A stretch of 64,000 bases of DNA, taken from positions 1-64,000 of IMG/VR virus record IMGVR_UViG_3300047095_000811; one strand, written 5' to 3'. Of this stretch, positions 35,778-45,855 are shown piece by piece. Each line of letters begins with the position of its first letter. The first letter of the stretch is position 1. The position numbers were made by a program, and so were the translations under genes. The notes beneath the pieces were generated by a model, which was given only the letters and a program-made list of their open reading frames with translations, had not been told where the DNA came from and made no database searches. This DNA is from a virus.

Positions 35778-36908
35778 ATGGAAAAAATGAAAACGTGCGA
35801 GGAGTTTCTCAACGAAACCGCGTACCAATTCTTCACCAATGAGGACGTGAACAAGTTCGCGTTCCACGCTCTGCCCAAGGCCGAGAAGCATCAAGTTGCG
35901 GCACACGCTTCCCTGATCGGCCTGAGCGAGTTCGTCAACAACCCGCTGACCGTCAAGGATGCTGTCAAGGTTGCTGACAACCACGACACCGCCAACGGCG
36001 AGAAGTATCAGGCTTCCACTTCCCTGAGCGCCGGGTACTTCAGCAAGATCGTGTCCTCCAACGGCGACGTTCGCAAGACTGCGAACTACGTCAGCAACCG
36101 CTCGCTGATCGCGTACGCCAAGTCCGTCTGCGGTTCCAACGGCGCTGGCAACACCGGTCACTTCATGAAGAAGCTTACCGAGCTGGAGCTGGCCCTGAAC
36201 AATCTGGAGAAGTACGCTCCCGAATTCGCCAAGGTGATGGACTACGAGGCCCGCACCTACAAAGAAGAGAGCAAGCGCGTGATGACTCAGTTCTACACGA
36301 ACGTAGTCGTCGCGGTGGACGTCGGCGTGGACGTGCTGTATTCCTACAGCATCAACGCGGACATCGACTACTCTCGTCGCCCTGCATTCGTGAAGACCGT
36401 TCACTTCGAGTGCCCGGCAGAGTTCATGGCGGAGCACTTCACCCTGATCCATTACTTCAACTCACTGGCGATCTCCGGCAAGCTCCGTAACGTGCTCGAC
36501 AAGGGCACTCTGGACTCGCTGCTGACCGCCCGTGACAAGGTACTGCGCGAAGAGAACGTTCTGGACGCCGTCTTCGCGATGGTGGCTTCGAACAAGTACA
36601 CCGATCTGCTGCTGCTTCCCCTGTACGTCATCCGCATGGTGGTGTACACTGTGAAGTACCTGTCGGCTTCCTACCAGAAGCTGACCTTCAGCATCGGCCA
36701 AAGCATTGCGATGGTCCGCAAGACCACCGTGACTGAGGACGAATTCAAGTCCTACAAGAAGGAAGCTAACTTCAAGGCTGCTCAATTTGATCAGGCCAGC
36801 AAGAAGGCTGCGATGGACACCTCCGCGACGGTCAAGGCCGACACCGAAGGAGTTGTTGACCTCGCGAAACAACGTTCTGACGGCGTTTCTAACTCGACGC
36901 TCATCTGA
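35778..36908 (+). CDS. putative virion structural protein
   Basis: 376-aa ORF with AAGGAG RBS in a late operon. Confidence 0.75.
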   Translation: MEKMKTCEEFLNETAYQFFTNEDVNKFAFHALPKAEKHQVAAHASLIGLSEFVNNPLTVKDAVKVADNHDTANGEKYQASTSLSAGYFSKIVSSNGDVRKTANYVSNRSLIAYAKSVCGSNGAGNTGHFMKKLTELELALNNLEKYAPEFAKVMDYEARTYKEESKRVMTQFYTNVVVAVDVGVDVLYSYSINADIDYSRRPAFVKTVHFECPAEFMAEHFTLIHYFNSLAISGKLRNVLDKGTLDSLLTARDKVLREENVLDAVFAMVASNKYTDLLLLPLYVIRMVVYTVKYLSASYQKLTFSIGQSIAMVRKTTVTEDEFKSYKKEANFKAAQFDQASKKAAMDTSATVKADTEGVVDLAKQRSDGVSNSTLI

Positions 36909-36911
36909 CAG

Positions 36912-36967
36912 AACATTAAAGTAGATCTGGCTCACGATTCTAAGACGCCGTAAGAACATTACGGTAG
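36912..36967 (+). promoter_or_regulatory. tandem late-type promoters (36912-36924; 36955-36967)
   Basis: AACA-TTAAAG-TAG and AACA-TTACGG-TAG. Confidence 0.75.
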
Positions 36968-37025
36968 CTTAGCACACTGTGAGCCAAAACTCCCATTTGA
37001 CTTACCCTTACAAAGGATACAAAAC

Positions 37026-37874
37026 ATGGCACTGTTTCTCTCCGAATCCGTGGAAATCATCCGCGAAGTGAGCCTGCAAGAAGCGATGGAATCCATCGTC
37101 GAGATGGTTCAAGAAGACGCCAACCTGACCGAAGCGATGCTGAAGGCCGACTTCGCCATCCACGAGAAGACCCGCGTTCTGCGCGAGTCCGGCGACGAAG
37201 CTGGCGCTGGTTCCCAAGAGAAGGGCTTCCTGGCCCGCGTCTGGGACGCCATCGTTGCTTTCTGCAAGAAGGTCTATGACGTGATCGTGAAGGTCGCTGC
37301 ATGGGTCAAGGACCATCTGGTCAAGTTCTGGAACTGGGTCTCCGGCAAGTTCGGCGATGCCAAGGAATTCGTCATCGACAAGTACAAGTCCGTGACCGGC
37401 GAGAAGGAAGACCAGATCCGCGCCGAGCTGGCCGCTGAAGCCGACAAGGCCGAAGCTGCTTCCGCTGCCAAGGTCGCCGAACTGGAAAAGCAGCTGGCTG
37501 AAGTCTCTGCCCGCGCCGACAAGGCCGAGTCCGTGACCATCAACGCCGCTTCCCTGAAGAAGATGCAAGACGCTGCCGCCGCCGACCTGGCCAAGGCACA
37601 GAAGGCTCTGAAGAAGACCGAAGCTGCTGCCGAGAAGGCCAAGGGCGAAGTCTCCAAGCTGGAAGATGGCAAGAAGGCATTCAAGGCCAACCAGAAAGAA
37701 GCTGGCAAGATGGGCATCAAGGCTTCCTTCGATGAAGAAGGTCTGTCCGGCGCCAAGGAAAAGGCTGCCAATGCCAAGGCTGCTGTCAAGGCTGCTCAGG
37801 CTGTGGTGAAGTCCGCTCAGAAGCGCGTGGCTCAACTGACCACCGGCATCAAGGTCTCCGCACCGAAGAAGTAA
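37026..37874 (+). CDS. putative abundant internal head protein (acidic N-terminus, Lys/Ala-rich C-terminus)
   Basis: extreme codon bias; tandem late promoters; repeated L/I-x-E motifs at the N-terminus. Confidence 0.7.
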   Translation: MALFLSESVEIIREVSLQEAMESIVEMVQEDANLTEAMLKADFAIHEKTRVLRESGDEAGAGSQEKGFLARVWDAIVAFCKKVYDVIVKVAAWVKDHLVKFWNWVSGKFGDAKEFVIDKYKSVTGEKEDQIRAELAAEADKAEAASAAKVAELEKQLAEVSARADKAESVTINAASLKKMQDAAAADLAKAQKALKKTEAAAEKAKGEVSKLEDGKKAFKANQKEAGKMGIKASFDEEGLSGAKEKAANAKAAVKAAQAVVKSAQKRVAQLTTGIKVSAPKK

Positions 37875-37893
37875 TCCGTTTCCACGGATAAAG

Positions 37894-37923
37894 AATCCCC
37901 ATACCCGCGAGGGTATGGGGATT
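37894..37923. terminator. bidirectional terminator
   Basis: AATCCCCATACCC-GCGA-GGGTATGGGGATT between convergent genes. Confidence 0.85.
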
Positions 37924-37931
37924 TCTTTGCT

Positions 37932-40640
37932 CTAGTAGCCGCCTCTCAACTTGCTGGCCTTGGCGAATGCCAGCTGGCTTGGAGAGGTCAGAGAAGCTCG
38001 GTCGATCTTTGGATAGCTGGATGACATGCTGTTCATCGCCAGCCTGATCTCGCCTCGCTGCTGACCGTTGTAGTGCATGCCGATGTGAATCCAACGCCAC
38101 TCGGATCCGTTGCCCTCCAGAATTATCTGGTCGAAAGGGATGCCACTCTGGGTCGCCAGCCAGAAGAATGGTTCGCACAGCAGGTCGCCGGTGCCCGGAG
38201 ATGGAACGATGTCCGCAGCCATAGCCCAGATGTGCATCGAAGACTTGCTGCCCCCGGAAGGGATGTGGTAACGATAGAACGAGTTCATCCTCCCGCCTCC
38301 GCCGACGAACTTCCCGTACTTGGCGATGATCGGGTCAAGAGCAACCTTAGCGAACTTCTGAGCGAAACAGAACAGGTTGAAATCCTGACACAGCGCAGAT
38401 CCACGGTCCGGGTATGCCCCGTCCTTCGTGGTGTAGCAGTCCTCCAGTTTCAGGTTGGCCGACATCGGGTATGACGCCGGGATCTGCTGAGGTATGGAGC
38501 GACCGTTATAGTCGTTTTTCCCTGAGAACGAGCACGAGAACGGGCCAGTGTCGCCGGTCCTCCTGATGATTGGAGGGGTGCGGACGCTGCCGGTGCGGGC
38601 TGACCCGACGCCGAGAGACTGCTGGCGGAAGTAGGCGTACTCCTGCTTCATGCGCTTCACCTTGTCCACGTAGGACTCCCTCTGGATCACTGCGCCGTTG
38701 ACGGTGATCTTCGGGATGTTCGTAAAGTACATGTTGGCGTTCATCGGGACGCCGGTCTTGCCCTCCGACTGCGGGGAAGTGAAGTAGAACTTCACCGCCT
38801 TGAGACGGTACTCGCCGGAGTGGAGCTCGTCGTCCTTGTTGTAGAACTTCAGCACGTACTGCATGTTCTCCGTGAAGGCAAAGATGTCCACGTTGCACAG
38901 CTGGATGACCACGTTCAGCTGCTTCTCCCTGATGCTGTCCTGCAGCTGCGTCAGGTTGTACGGATTGTCGTTGCTCCCCCAGTAAGTCCTCTGGGTGGCC
39001 TCGTCGTCCATATTGATGTCGCACTCGGAGAAGACCGTGTCGTCCTGACTGGTCTGGATGATCCGCACGTTGTCTCCGTCGAGGATCTTCCCGGCGTTCT
39101 TCTTGTCGATCTGGTAGGGCTGCATGGTCCGGGCGATCAAGATATTCGACTTCTGGTCGATGTTCGAACCTTCCTCGAATTCCGGAATAGTCGTCTTCGA
39201 CACCTTGTCTAGGATCTCGATGAGCACCTGCTCCACCGTGTTCTTGCCGGGGGCGGTGCCGCCCTTGTCGGTGACCGTGACGAGAGTCTTGTTGCTGAAT
39301 CTGCCCGTTTCCTCGTCCTTCTCGGATACCACCGTGTCGAACATCACCCGGATGCCGGTGCGGTAGACGCCGTACTTCTCCTGAAGTTGCTTGATGTTCT
39401 GGGCGATCGTTCCGGGGTCAAGGATCACCTGCTCGTAGGTAGTGACGTTATCCGGAGGAGTGATCGCAAACTTCACGATGTCCTTCTCTGCGGAGTTGAT
39501 CTTCTTCTGGTCGTTGTACGCCTCGTTGAGGAGCGCGGTGATCACGTCCAACATGGTGACATTGTTGTAGACCTTGCTCTTCACCTTGCCGTTGATTTCT
39601 ACGTTCCGCTTGCTCACCAGATCCAGCTTGACCTTGTGGCGTGGGATGCCGGACGTTGGGTTCTCCTCCACCACCGAATCGGTCGGCAGCGACGGATTGA
39701 TCGGTATGAGGGGATGGTTGTCGAGGACTACGGTCTTCATGATGTAGTCCTCTTTGCCCTTGAGCTTGTTCCGCTCCCACTTCTTAACGTTGATGAAGAA
39801 GCGAAGCTGCTCGAAGTCGCTCTTGAAGTCCTTGAAGTTCAAGTCAGTCAGGGTCAGCAGTACAGAGAAGACCGGCATGACGAGCAGGTCGTACTCCATC
39901 GTGTAGATGAACTCGTTGATGAACGGGTCCAGCTTCACGACCTCGTTGTCCGGGCGGATGTAGTAGAGCTCGATGTCGTACACCCACTGGTCTAGGACTC
40001 TCTCCGGGATCTTTGGGTTCTTGTCCGGGTTCTCGGAGGAGTTCAGCCTTGTCGGCTTGTCCGACAGCTGCTCGGTCCTCGATTCCTCCAGGATTTTCTT
40101 CTTGATCTTCTCGACCTCGGCGACCAGAGGAGCGACGTCGTTGATGAACGAGACTAGCACCTGCTTCTGCTCGGAGACTAGATCGTCGGACTTGACTTTC
40201 TCCTCCAAATCCTTGATGCTGTACTCGGTTAGCTGCGCCGGGTCAAAAACTTTGTCCTTCAGCTTGTCTTGGAGCAGGTTGAAGTCGCTGAACGCCAAGC
40301 GCATCTTCGGAAACTTCTCGTGCGCCATGACTTCGTCGTCGGTCGGAGTCCCGGTAGCCGACGTGGCTTTCACCTCGTCGTATATGGTCTGCCCGATGTA
40401 GACTGCAGCGTTGTTGTAGTCCAGTTCGTACTTCTTGAGGATGTCTGAATACTTTAGCTTGATAGCATTCAGATCCATGAATTCTTTTTGGTACTTGCGG
40501 ACCTCGTCCTGTTTCTTGCCGCTGGTCGGCTTCAGGCGAGATTTTCTCGGGTCAAGGCGAACCGTGATGTCGTTCACGGCGCTCGATACCTTGTTTACCT
40601 CAGAGAAAGTCTTTGCGAGGTCGAAGAGGGTTCCGGCCAT
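37932..40640 (-). CDS. tail/baseplate-hub-like protein with C-terminal peptidase M15 domain
   Basis: C-terminal NSFYR...SSMHIWAMAAD...FDQIILE...WIHIG (H-x6-D...H); structural role inferred. Confidence 0.75.
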   Translation of the reverse strand: MAGTLFDLAKTFSEVNKVSSAVNDITVRLDPRKSRLKPTSGKKQDEVRKYQKEFMDLNAIKLKYSDILKKYELDYNNAAVYIGQTIYDEVKATSATGTPTDDEVMAHEKFPKMRLAFSDFNLLQDKLKDKVFDPAQLTEYSIKDLEEKVKSDDLVSEQKQVLVSFINDVAPLVAEVEKIKKKILEESRTEQLSDKPTRLNSSENPDKNPKIPERVLDQWVYDIELYYIRPDNEVVKLDPFINEFIYTMEYDLLVMPVFSVLLTLTDLNFKDFKSDFEQLRFFINVKKWERNKLKGKEDYIMKTVVLDNHPLIPINPSLPTDSVVEENPTSGIPRHKVKLDLVSKRNVEINGKVKSKVYNNVTMLDVITALLNEAYNDQKKINSAEKDIVKFAITPPDNVTTYEQVILDPGTIAQNIKQLQEKYGVYRTGIRVMFDTVVSEKDEETGRFSNKTLVTVTDKGGTAPGKNTVEQVLIEILDKVSKTTIPEFEEGSNIDQKSNILIARTMQPYQIDKKNAGKILDGDNVRIIQTSQDDTVFSECDINMDDEATQRTYWGSNDNPYNLTQLQDSIREKQLNVVIQLCNVDIFAFTENMQYVLKFYNKDDELHSGEYRLKAVKFYFTSPQSEGKTGVPMNANMYFTNIPKITVNGAVIQRESYVDKVKRMKQEYAYFRQQSLGVGSARTGSVRTPPIIRRTGDTGPFSCSFSGKNDYNGRSIPQQIPASYPMSANLKLEDCYTTKDGAYPDRGSALCQDFNLFCFAQKFAKVALDPIIAKYGKFVGGGGRMNSFYRYHIPSGGSKSSMHIWAMAADIVPSPGTGDLLCEPFFWLATQSGIPFDQIILEGNGSEWRWIHIGMHYNGQQRGEIRLAMNSMSSSYPKIDRASLTSPSQLAFAKASKLRGGY

Positions 40641-40725
40641 TTCCACTCCGAAAAAAAAAGATAGCTATGAAGAAGTTCCATACCGCCAAAGCATATTCTG
40701 CCGGAGCGGTATGGAACTCTTCTTG

Positions 40726-41793
40726 CTACACCATGAACAGGGTGGTCTCGTCTACCACATTGCCGAAGTACTCTCGGTTGTAGTACGAGAACTCGTCTCT
40801 TGAGGGTCGGTTCGAGTCGGAGTACTGGTTTACGATGTGCATGGAGTCTGCCTCCTTGATCATCGCCGCATGGATGTGTGGGTTGTAGCACACGTCTCGC
40901 GCCTTCAGCTCTTCGATCAAGTCATCCCGGCCCTTAAACTCCGGGTGCTCGGCGAGAGCGTCGTAGCCCATGAACTTGATGTCAGATTCTTTGAGTTTAT
41001 TGATGATCTTGACCGCTTTCTTGTTCTTGATGTCGGCGATGGGGCATCCGTCATCCCAGCCGGTCAAGTTCAGGAAGAGCCGGATGTAAGAGTCATCGAT
41101 CTTCATCTCGGAATCGTCGGAGATGACCCACTTGTTCTTCTCGTACAGGTGTCGGAAGTACCCGTTCTTCCCGACTGACTTCGAGTGGACGCCGTTCGGG
41201 CGAATGCTGAAGCAGTTGGGAAGAGTCGATGACAGCATCTGCAGCAGCGGATCGTCACTGAGGAAGATGTTGTACTTTGACTTGAGCGTGTCTGTCAGCA
41301 CGTACGGGATGCAGGTCAGCTCGTTAGTGTCAGAGTCCACCACCTTCATGCCCGGAAGACACGGCGCGATGCGCTGGATCTTCTTGCCGATGAACTGGAG
41401 GAAGGCTGGCTTCACAGTCTTCTCCATCTTTTTCGTGCCGTAAGCTGCGTTAGCCTCAAGCTTGATGGGGTCAACCTTCCCGTCGTCAAACATCAGCAGG
41501 AACGTCACTTTACAGTTGCGTTTCTCCACGAGGTAGCGCCGGTAGTGGACCACCAGATTCATGAACTCGGCGATCACCCTGTTCGAGTTGGGGATCAGCT
41601 CGTTCGTCACCGCCTGCTTGTAGTAGTCGATGCGCATGATGTCGAGCATGTACTTCATGTCAATGAAGAAGGTGACCGTGGTGTCGAGCATGCTCTCCGG
41701 CAACACCTCGTCAAGCACGGAGTACTTGACCTTCTTTCTTGTGAACGCGAATCCAACGATGTCGGACGTACTAGCTTCGTCTCTTTCTGTCAT
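40726..41793 (-). CDS. hypothetical protein, possibly a divergent 5'-3' exonuclease/PIN-like fold
   Basis: FFID, LMFDD and FLSDD acidic motifs after strands; ORF solid, function weak. Confidence 0.5.
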   Translation of the reverse strand: MTERDEASTSDIVGFAFTRKKVKYSVLDEVLPESMLDTTVTFFIDMKYMLDIMRIDYYKQAVTNELIPNSNRVIAEFMNLVVHYRRYLVEKRNCKVTFLLMFDDGKVDPIKLEANAAYGTKKMEKTVKPAFLQFIGKKIQRIAPCLPGMKVVDSDTNELTCIPYVLTDTLKSKYNIFLSDDPLLQMLSSTLPNCFSIRPNGVHSKSVGKNGYFRHLYEKNKWVISDDSEMKIDDSYIRLFLNLTGWDDGCPIADIKNKKAVKIINKLKESDIKFMGYDALAEHPEFKGRDDLIEELKARDVCYNPHIHAAMIKEADSMHIVNQYSDSNRPSRDEFSYYNREYFGNVVDETTLFMV

Positions 41794-42092
41794 AATTCTT
41801 CCTCTTCTATGTCCTTCATTGCTAGAGGTTTTCGGTTGGCGTACTTGAGAATGATATCTCCGTGACACGGGAGTGGTGCGCAGAAGCAGACGACGTCTCT
41901 GCCCGCTAGCTTCTCCCTCATCTCAGCTATGATCTCCGGGTGCCTCAGCAGCCAGAGCTCGTACTTTCGGATGACTTCTTCTCTGGTGCCGTCTCGGCCA
42001 ATGACGTATCTGTTCCCCCACTTGCTGGGGCGGCCCACGAACACTGCGCCTTGGGGAACGCGGTCTCTCTTTCGGTTGTACACTTTCGGCAC
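41790..42092 (-). CDS. DUF4326-family protein
   Basis: VFVGRPSKWGNRY...CFCAPLPCHGDII signature. Confidence 0.85.
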   Translation of the reverse strand: MPKVYNRKRDRVPQGAVFVGRPSKWGNRYVIGRDGTREEVIRKYELWLLRHPEIIAEMREKLAGRDVVCFCAPLPCHGDIILKYANRKPLAMKDIEEEEL

Positions 42093-42146
42093 GTTGATCT
42101 CCTTATTGTGGGCAAAGAGGATTAGACCCCTTTGCCCACCTAAAGA

Positions 42147-43631
42147 TCAGCCGAACTCGGGGATCTCGTGTTTCTTCTCGAAGAACATGTCATCCACGCT
42201 GTCACAGAACGGAACGATGGTTCCGCTCATGCCGGGGTCGCCAGCCGAAGATGCATTGAGCGACAGGTTCCCGATGAACGACGGATGGATGCTGCGGTAC
42301 TTCACCAGCACGTTGCCGCCGCCTGCGCCGAGAGACTGAGGGCCGCGAGCGGAAAACTTCAGAGCGACGCTGAACAGGTTCAACGCGTTCGTGATGTTGG
42401 AGTAGCGGAGCAGCTCGTTGGTGATGAGGCGCTTCACGAGGAACATCGCGCCGATGTTGGAGAACACCGTTTCGAGGCGCTTCATGTCCACGTTCCGGCT
42501 GTTCAGAATGCGAACGGCGATCTCGGACCACTTGATCAGCAGCGGGAAGATCAGGTACTCGTAGAGACGGATGCGGCGGGTGTAGAGGTCGAGACCGTCC
42601 ATCTTGTGGATCTCTTCGTAGTTCCACATCATGTGCTGCACCACGTCAAACGTGTTGCGTTTCTCGTCGTCATCGAGCTCACGCAAGTTCTTCTTGGTGC
42701 GCTCGTCGAGGATCCGCTCCAGAGACGCGATGGACTTGTCTGCCTTGTCGAGCTTGGCGGTGGGAGAAGTCAGGATGCGGCGCTTCCAGAAGTCCTTGTT
42801 CTCCAGATTCCCCAGCTTCTTGATGTTCTCCAGCGCGTTGTGGAGCGAGATGATGATGTTACGGAAGTCTTCGCTGCTCTCCAGCCACTCTTTGCTGACG
42901 AACATCTGGTTGCGGTGAATGTTGAACACCTCCCAGTCCTTCTCCGTGTCGAACGCGTCGAGGTCAAGCTCTTCGCCGGACGGGTTCTTTCCGCTGTCGT
43001 CGACAAGGTAGACCATCTCGTCGAGGCCCATCATCTGCATCGTCTCGGAGTAGCCGTACTTGATGAAGAAGTAGATGAATGCGTTCTTGAAGCTGTTGAT
43101 GCTGTTCGACTTGGTCTTGAAGAAGTCCAGCAGGAACACCTTGCCGCGATAGGTGGTGCCGGAGTTCAGGGACTCGATCGAAGCCGCCTTGTGGCGGATG
43201 CCGAGAGGCATCAGCAGTGTCTTTAGGTAGATACCGTTGCGGATGGCGTACCAGTTCTTGTCAGCAATCTGGAGGATGGCGTAGTAGCGGTTCCCGTTCA
43301 GCACGAAGAAGAAGTCATCGACCAGCTTCGGGATGAACAGGTGGAGCTTGACTTCTTTCTTCTCTCCTTCCCACTCGATCTTGAAGCGAGCTTCGATCAG
43401 GTCAAGACGGGACTCCTCGATGCTGATGTTCCGCTTGGTGATGTACGCAGCACACTCTTCCTCGTTGACTCGCTGCATGTCGAGGAACGTGATGCCGGGG
43501 ATGCTGTTCAGGGTGGTGAACAGATCTCGGAAGTACGAGTCTACGTCGTCTTTGTGACGAATGTAGATCAGGTCCTCATTGAATTTCTCCGGATTACCGT
43601 CTTGGTATTCCTTGTACATTGCAAGCTGCAT
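42147..43631 (-). CDS. rpoB: multisubunit RNA polymerase beta subunit, N-terminal half (non-virion RNAP type)
   Basis: FVLNGNRYY, LKTLLMP and RSIHPSFIG...SSAGDPGMSG; from recall, closely resembles AR9 gp105 in length and N-terminus. Confidence 0.85.
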   Translation of the reverse strand: MQLAMYKEYQDGNPEKFNEDLIYIRHKDDVDSYFRDLFTTLNSIPGITFLDMQRVNEEECAAYITKRNISIEESRLDLIEARFKIEWEGEKKEVKLHLFIPKLVDDFFFVLNGNRYYAILQIADKNWYAIRNGIYLKTLLMPLGIRHKAASIESLNSGTTYRGKVFLLDFFKTKSNSINSFKNAFIYFFIKYGYSETMQMMGLDEMVYLVDDSGKNPSGEELDLDAFDTEKDWEVFNIHRNQMFVSKEWLESSEDFRNIIISLHNALENIKKLGNLENKDFWKRRILTSPTAKLDKADKSIASLERILDERTKKNLRELDDDEKRNTFDVVQHMMWNYEEIHKMDGLDLYTRRIRLYEYLIFPLLIKWSEIAVRILNSRNVDMKRLETVFSNIGAMFLVKRLITNELLRYSNITNALNLFSVALKFSARGPQSLGAGGGNVLVKYRSIHPSFIGNLSLNASSAGDPGMSGTIVPFCDSVDDMFFEKKHEIPEFG

Positions 43632-43718
43632 TGTTCTTTCTTCCTTTCAGCAGTTCATGATACGCGATCATCAGGAGTGATCGCAACTCCTTATTTTAAC
43701 CCGTTTTGGATATTCCGG

Positions 43719-43731
43719 GTAATCTTCTGTT
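43719..43731 (-). promoter_or_regulatory. late-type promoter AACA-GAAGAT-TAC
   Basis: motif upstream of the RNAP beta gene. Confidence 0.65.
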
Positions 43732-43777
43732 CGCCCTTTAGCCGACATGGCTTTACGGCGAATCGAGATTCTGTCGG

Positions 43778-44077
43778 CTAGCTGCGGAGCAGCACCAGTT
43801 TCTTCAAGATGTCTTCGTACTGCTCAGAGAGCTCGGAATACCAGAAGTTGAGCACCAGCTCTTCGCCTTGGATCGTCATGAACGTGACCTTGTTGTGGAT
43901 CTCGTCCAGGCTGTAGGCTCCGGGAACCCGATCGTGTTTGGCATATACCGGCTTGAATAACACCGGACCCTTGAGGTGGAAGTTGGCGATATTCATCAGG
44001 ATGACCGGCTTGCCCTCTCGCATGAATCGTTCGACATCCTCCAAAGTCATACTCTGAAAAGTCAGGTTCAGGTCCAT
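43778..44077 (-). CDS. hypothetical protein
   Basis: ATG 44077 with AAAGGAG RBS. Confidence 0.7.
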   Translation of the reverse strand: MDLNLTFQSMTLEDVERFMREGKPVILMNIANFHLKGPVLFKPVYAKHDRVPGAYSLDEIHNKVTFMTIQGEELVLNFWYSELSEQYEDILKKLVLLRS

Positions 44078-44089
44078 ATTTTCTCCTTT

Positions 44090-44105
44090 CACGATCATTA
44101 TATAT
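44090..44105 (-). promoter_or_regulatory. early-type promoter ATATAT-AAT-GATC-GTG
   Basis: recurrent motif. Confidence 0.75.
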
Positions 44106-44145
44106 AAACAAAACGCCCTATGGAGGCTATCCATAGGGCGAATTA

Positions 44146-45711
44146 TCAGTCTTTTGTCAGCATGTACAGCGCTAGCCCACCTTCGCGGTGGATGCCACGG
44201 ATGAACCCGCCCTTGGCGTCAACGTAGTTGAGCGGGGAGTTCATCATCTTTGCGGCCTCCATGTTCGCCTCAGAGGAGAACAGGCCGATCACGCGCATCG
44301 TGTCACCGTCGAAGTCGCCGCCGAGACCCTTAAGGAAGGAAACGTTCGGGACGTAGGTGTCGATCCACTTGATCTTGTCATGGAGGATATTCCCCTTTCC
44401 GTCGGTCGGGAAGTAGGGGTAGTGGGTGAACCGCTTGTCGTTCATCCCGCCCTCTTCGGCAGGTCCGGTCATGTTGATCGTGTCTTCGGTGGTGAGCAGC
44501 TTGATCCGACACGCGATCACCGACTCAGGGCCGGTCACAGGGTAGCGAGTCGCGATGACGTGCTTGTTCTGAGTGACGTCCATGCACGCCTCGTAGAACA
44601 GGTCAGTCAGCGTGAACGGGCGATCTGGAAAGCGAACGTGCTTGAACTCTTTGACCAGCTTGGAATCGTTCCCGAGACCGTCGAGCCAGAAGTGCTGGCT
44701 TCGGATCATACGAGTCTTGTCCTTGATGTAGCCGTCAACCAACTTGGAGAGGCTAGTCGATGTCAGCTTACCGTAAGTGGTCTGCGGTAGGTCGTACCGC
44801 TTGTCGCCGTCAACGACGATGGAGGCAGCGTGTTCGTAGCCGTGGAAGAAGTCTTCCAGCCACTTGATCACGAACGGATAGAAGAGCGACAGCGCGAAGT
44901 GCAGCGGGACGCCGAATTCGTTGTACTTGACCTGCTGCAGGCCAGGATCGTCTGCCGAGAGCTTCGGGCAAGACAGAACGCCGATCGTGGAGTAGTCGAT
45001 GGATTTGCCCATAACCGCCTGACGGATGACGCCCTTCTTACCAGCAATCTTCTTGGTCAGCTCCGAGTAGATCTCAACTAGGATGCGCTGCACTGAGGAC
45101 TGCGTCAGGTACGAGTTGGTGAAGGTGATCGACTCGGACGTTGCAGCGTTGATCAGCTTGATGTAGTTGGCGTTGACGCCCTCGACCGAGATCTTCTTGG
45201 AGCCGGAGGCAGTGGAGAAGTTGATGTCCCGGTAGTACGCCGGGATGATCAGCCACTTGTCGATGAAGACCTCTTTCATGTCCAGCATGGAGAGTAGGTT
45301 CTCCTTCTTGGAGCGGGAGGCGTTCTCCTCGCCGATCTTGGTCCACTTGATCTTCTTCCAGTTCTTGATGAAGAACTCGATGCCGGTCTCTCCGTCTTCC
45401 GGCTTGTCTCCGGTGACGATCTTGCCGGAGACGTCTAGGCGGCAGAACTTCTCTCCGGAAATGACCTGCGGCAGGGCACGGAACATGCCGTACACGGTCA
45501 TGTAGACCAGCGGGTGGAAGAACTTACGACGGAGATCCACGAACCCGAAGTTGTACTTGCGAGCGTCGGAGCCGAACTTACCGAAGATCTTGGTCGAGAA
45601 GAGACCGTCATCGGAAGGGCCACCGTTGCTGTCCAGATAGAACCGGCTGGTCACTTGCTGACAGCCGTTCTTCTGGATGAATTGGTCGATGTCAAAAAGA
45701 TCGAGTTTCAT
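44146..45711 (-). CDS. rpoC: multisubunit RNA polymerase beta' subunit with catalytic DFDGD (virion RNAP type)
   Basis: DGLFSTKIFG, GKKGVIR...GKSIDY, TRYPV and GGDFDGD motifs; late promoter at 45737-45749. Confidence 0.9.
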   Translation of the reverse strand: MKLDLFDIDQFIQKNGCQQVTSRFYLDSNGGPSDDGLFSTKIFGKFGSDARKYNFGFVDLRRKFFHPLVYMTVYGMFRALPQVISGEKFCRLDVSGKIVTGDKPEDGETGIEFFIKNWKKIKWTKIGEENASRSKKENLLSMLDMKEVFIDKWLIIPAYYRDINFSTASGSKKISVEGVNANYIKLINAATSESITFTNSYLTQSSVQRILVEIYSELTKKIAGKKGVIRQAVMGKSIDYSTIGVLSCPKLSADDPGLQQVKYNEFGVPLHFALSLFYPFVIKWLEDFFHGYEHAASIVVDGDKRYDLPQTTYGKLTSTSLSKLVDGYIKDKTRMIRSQHFWLDGLGNDSKLVKEFKHVRFPDRPFTLTDLFYEACMDVTQNKHVIATRYPVTGPESVIACRIKLLTTEDTINMTGPAEEGGMNDKRFTHYPYFPTDGKGNILHDKIKWIDTYVPNVSFLKGLGGDFDGDTMRVIGLFSSEANMEAAKMMNSPLNYVDAKGGFIRGIHREGGLALYMLTKD

Positions 45712-45736
45712 CTCTTATTCCTGAGAGGTATGCGAA

Positions 45737-45815
45737 TTATTAAGGTGTTGCATAAAGCTTTTATCCGAGACTTTCCATTTTAGGTTGTCACAAATCGTGC
45801 CGAACAACAGGTTAG
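45737..45815. promoter_or_regulatory. divergent pair of late-type promoters (minus 45737-45749; plus 45803-45815)
   Basis: AACA-CCTTAA-TAA and AACA-ACAGGT-TAG. Confidence 0.7.
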
Positions 45816-45855
45816 TCATGAATATTCTCTTCATTTTCCACAAGGAATTCTAGCA

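Noticed and set aside
43685-43720. preQ1-I riboswitch in the RNAP leader
   Set aside because: The hairpin plus A-rich tail shape is similar, but the conserved loop sequence is absent and the gene context does not fit.
42147-45711. Group I introns or inteins in the RNAP subunits, as occur in some relatives
   Set aside because: The ORFs are continuous, of expected size, and show no intein motifs.
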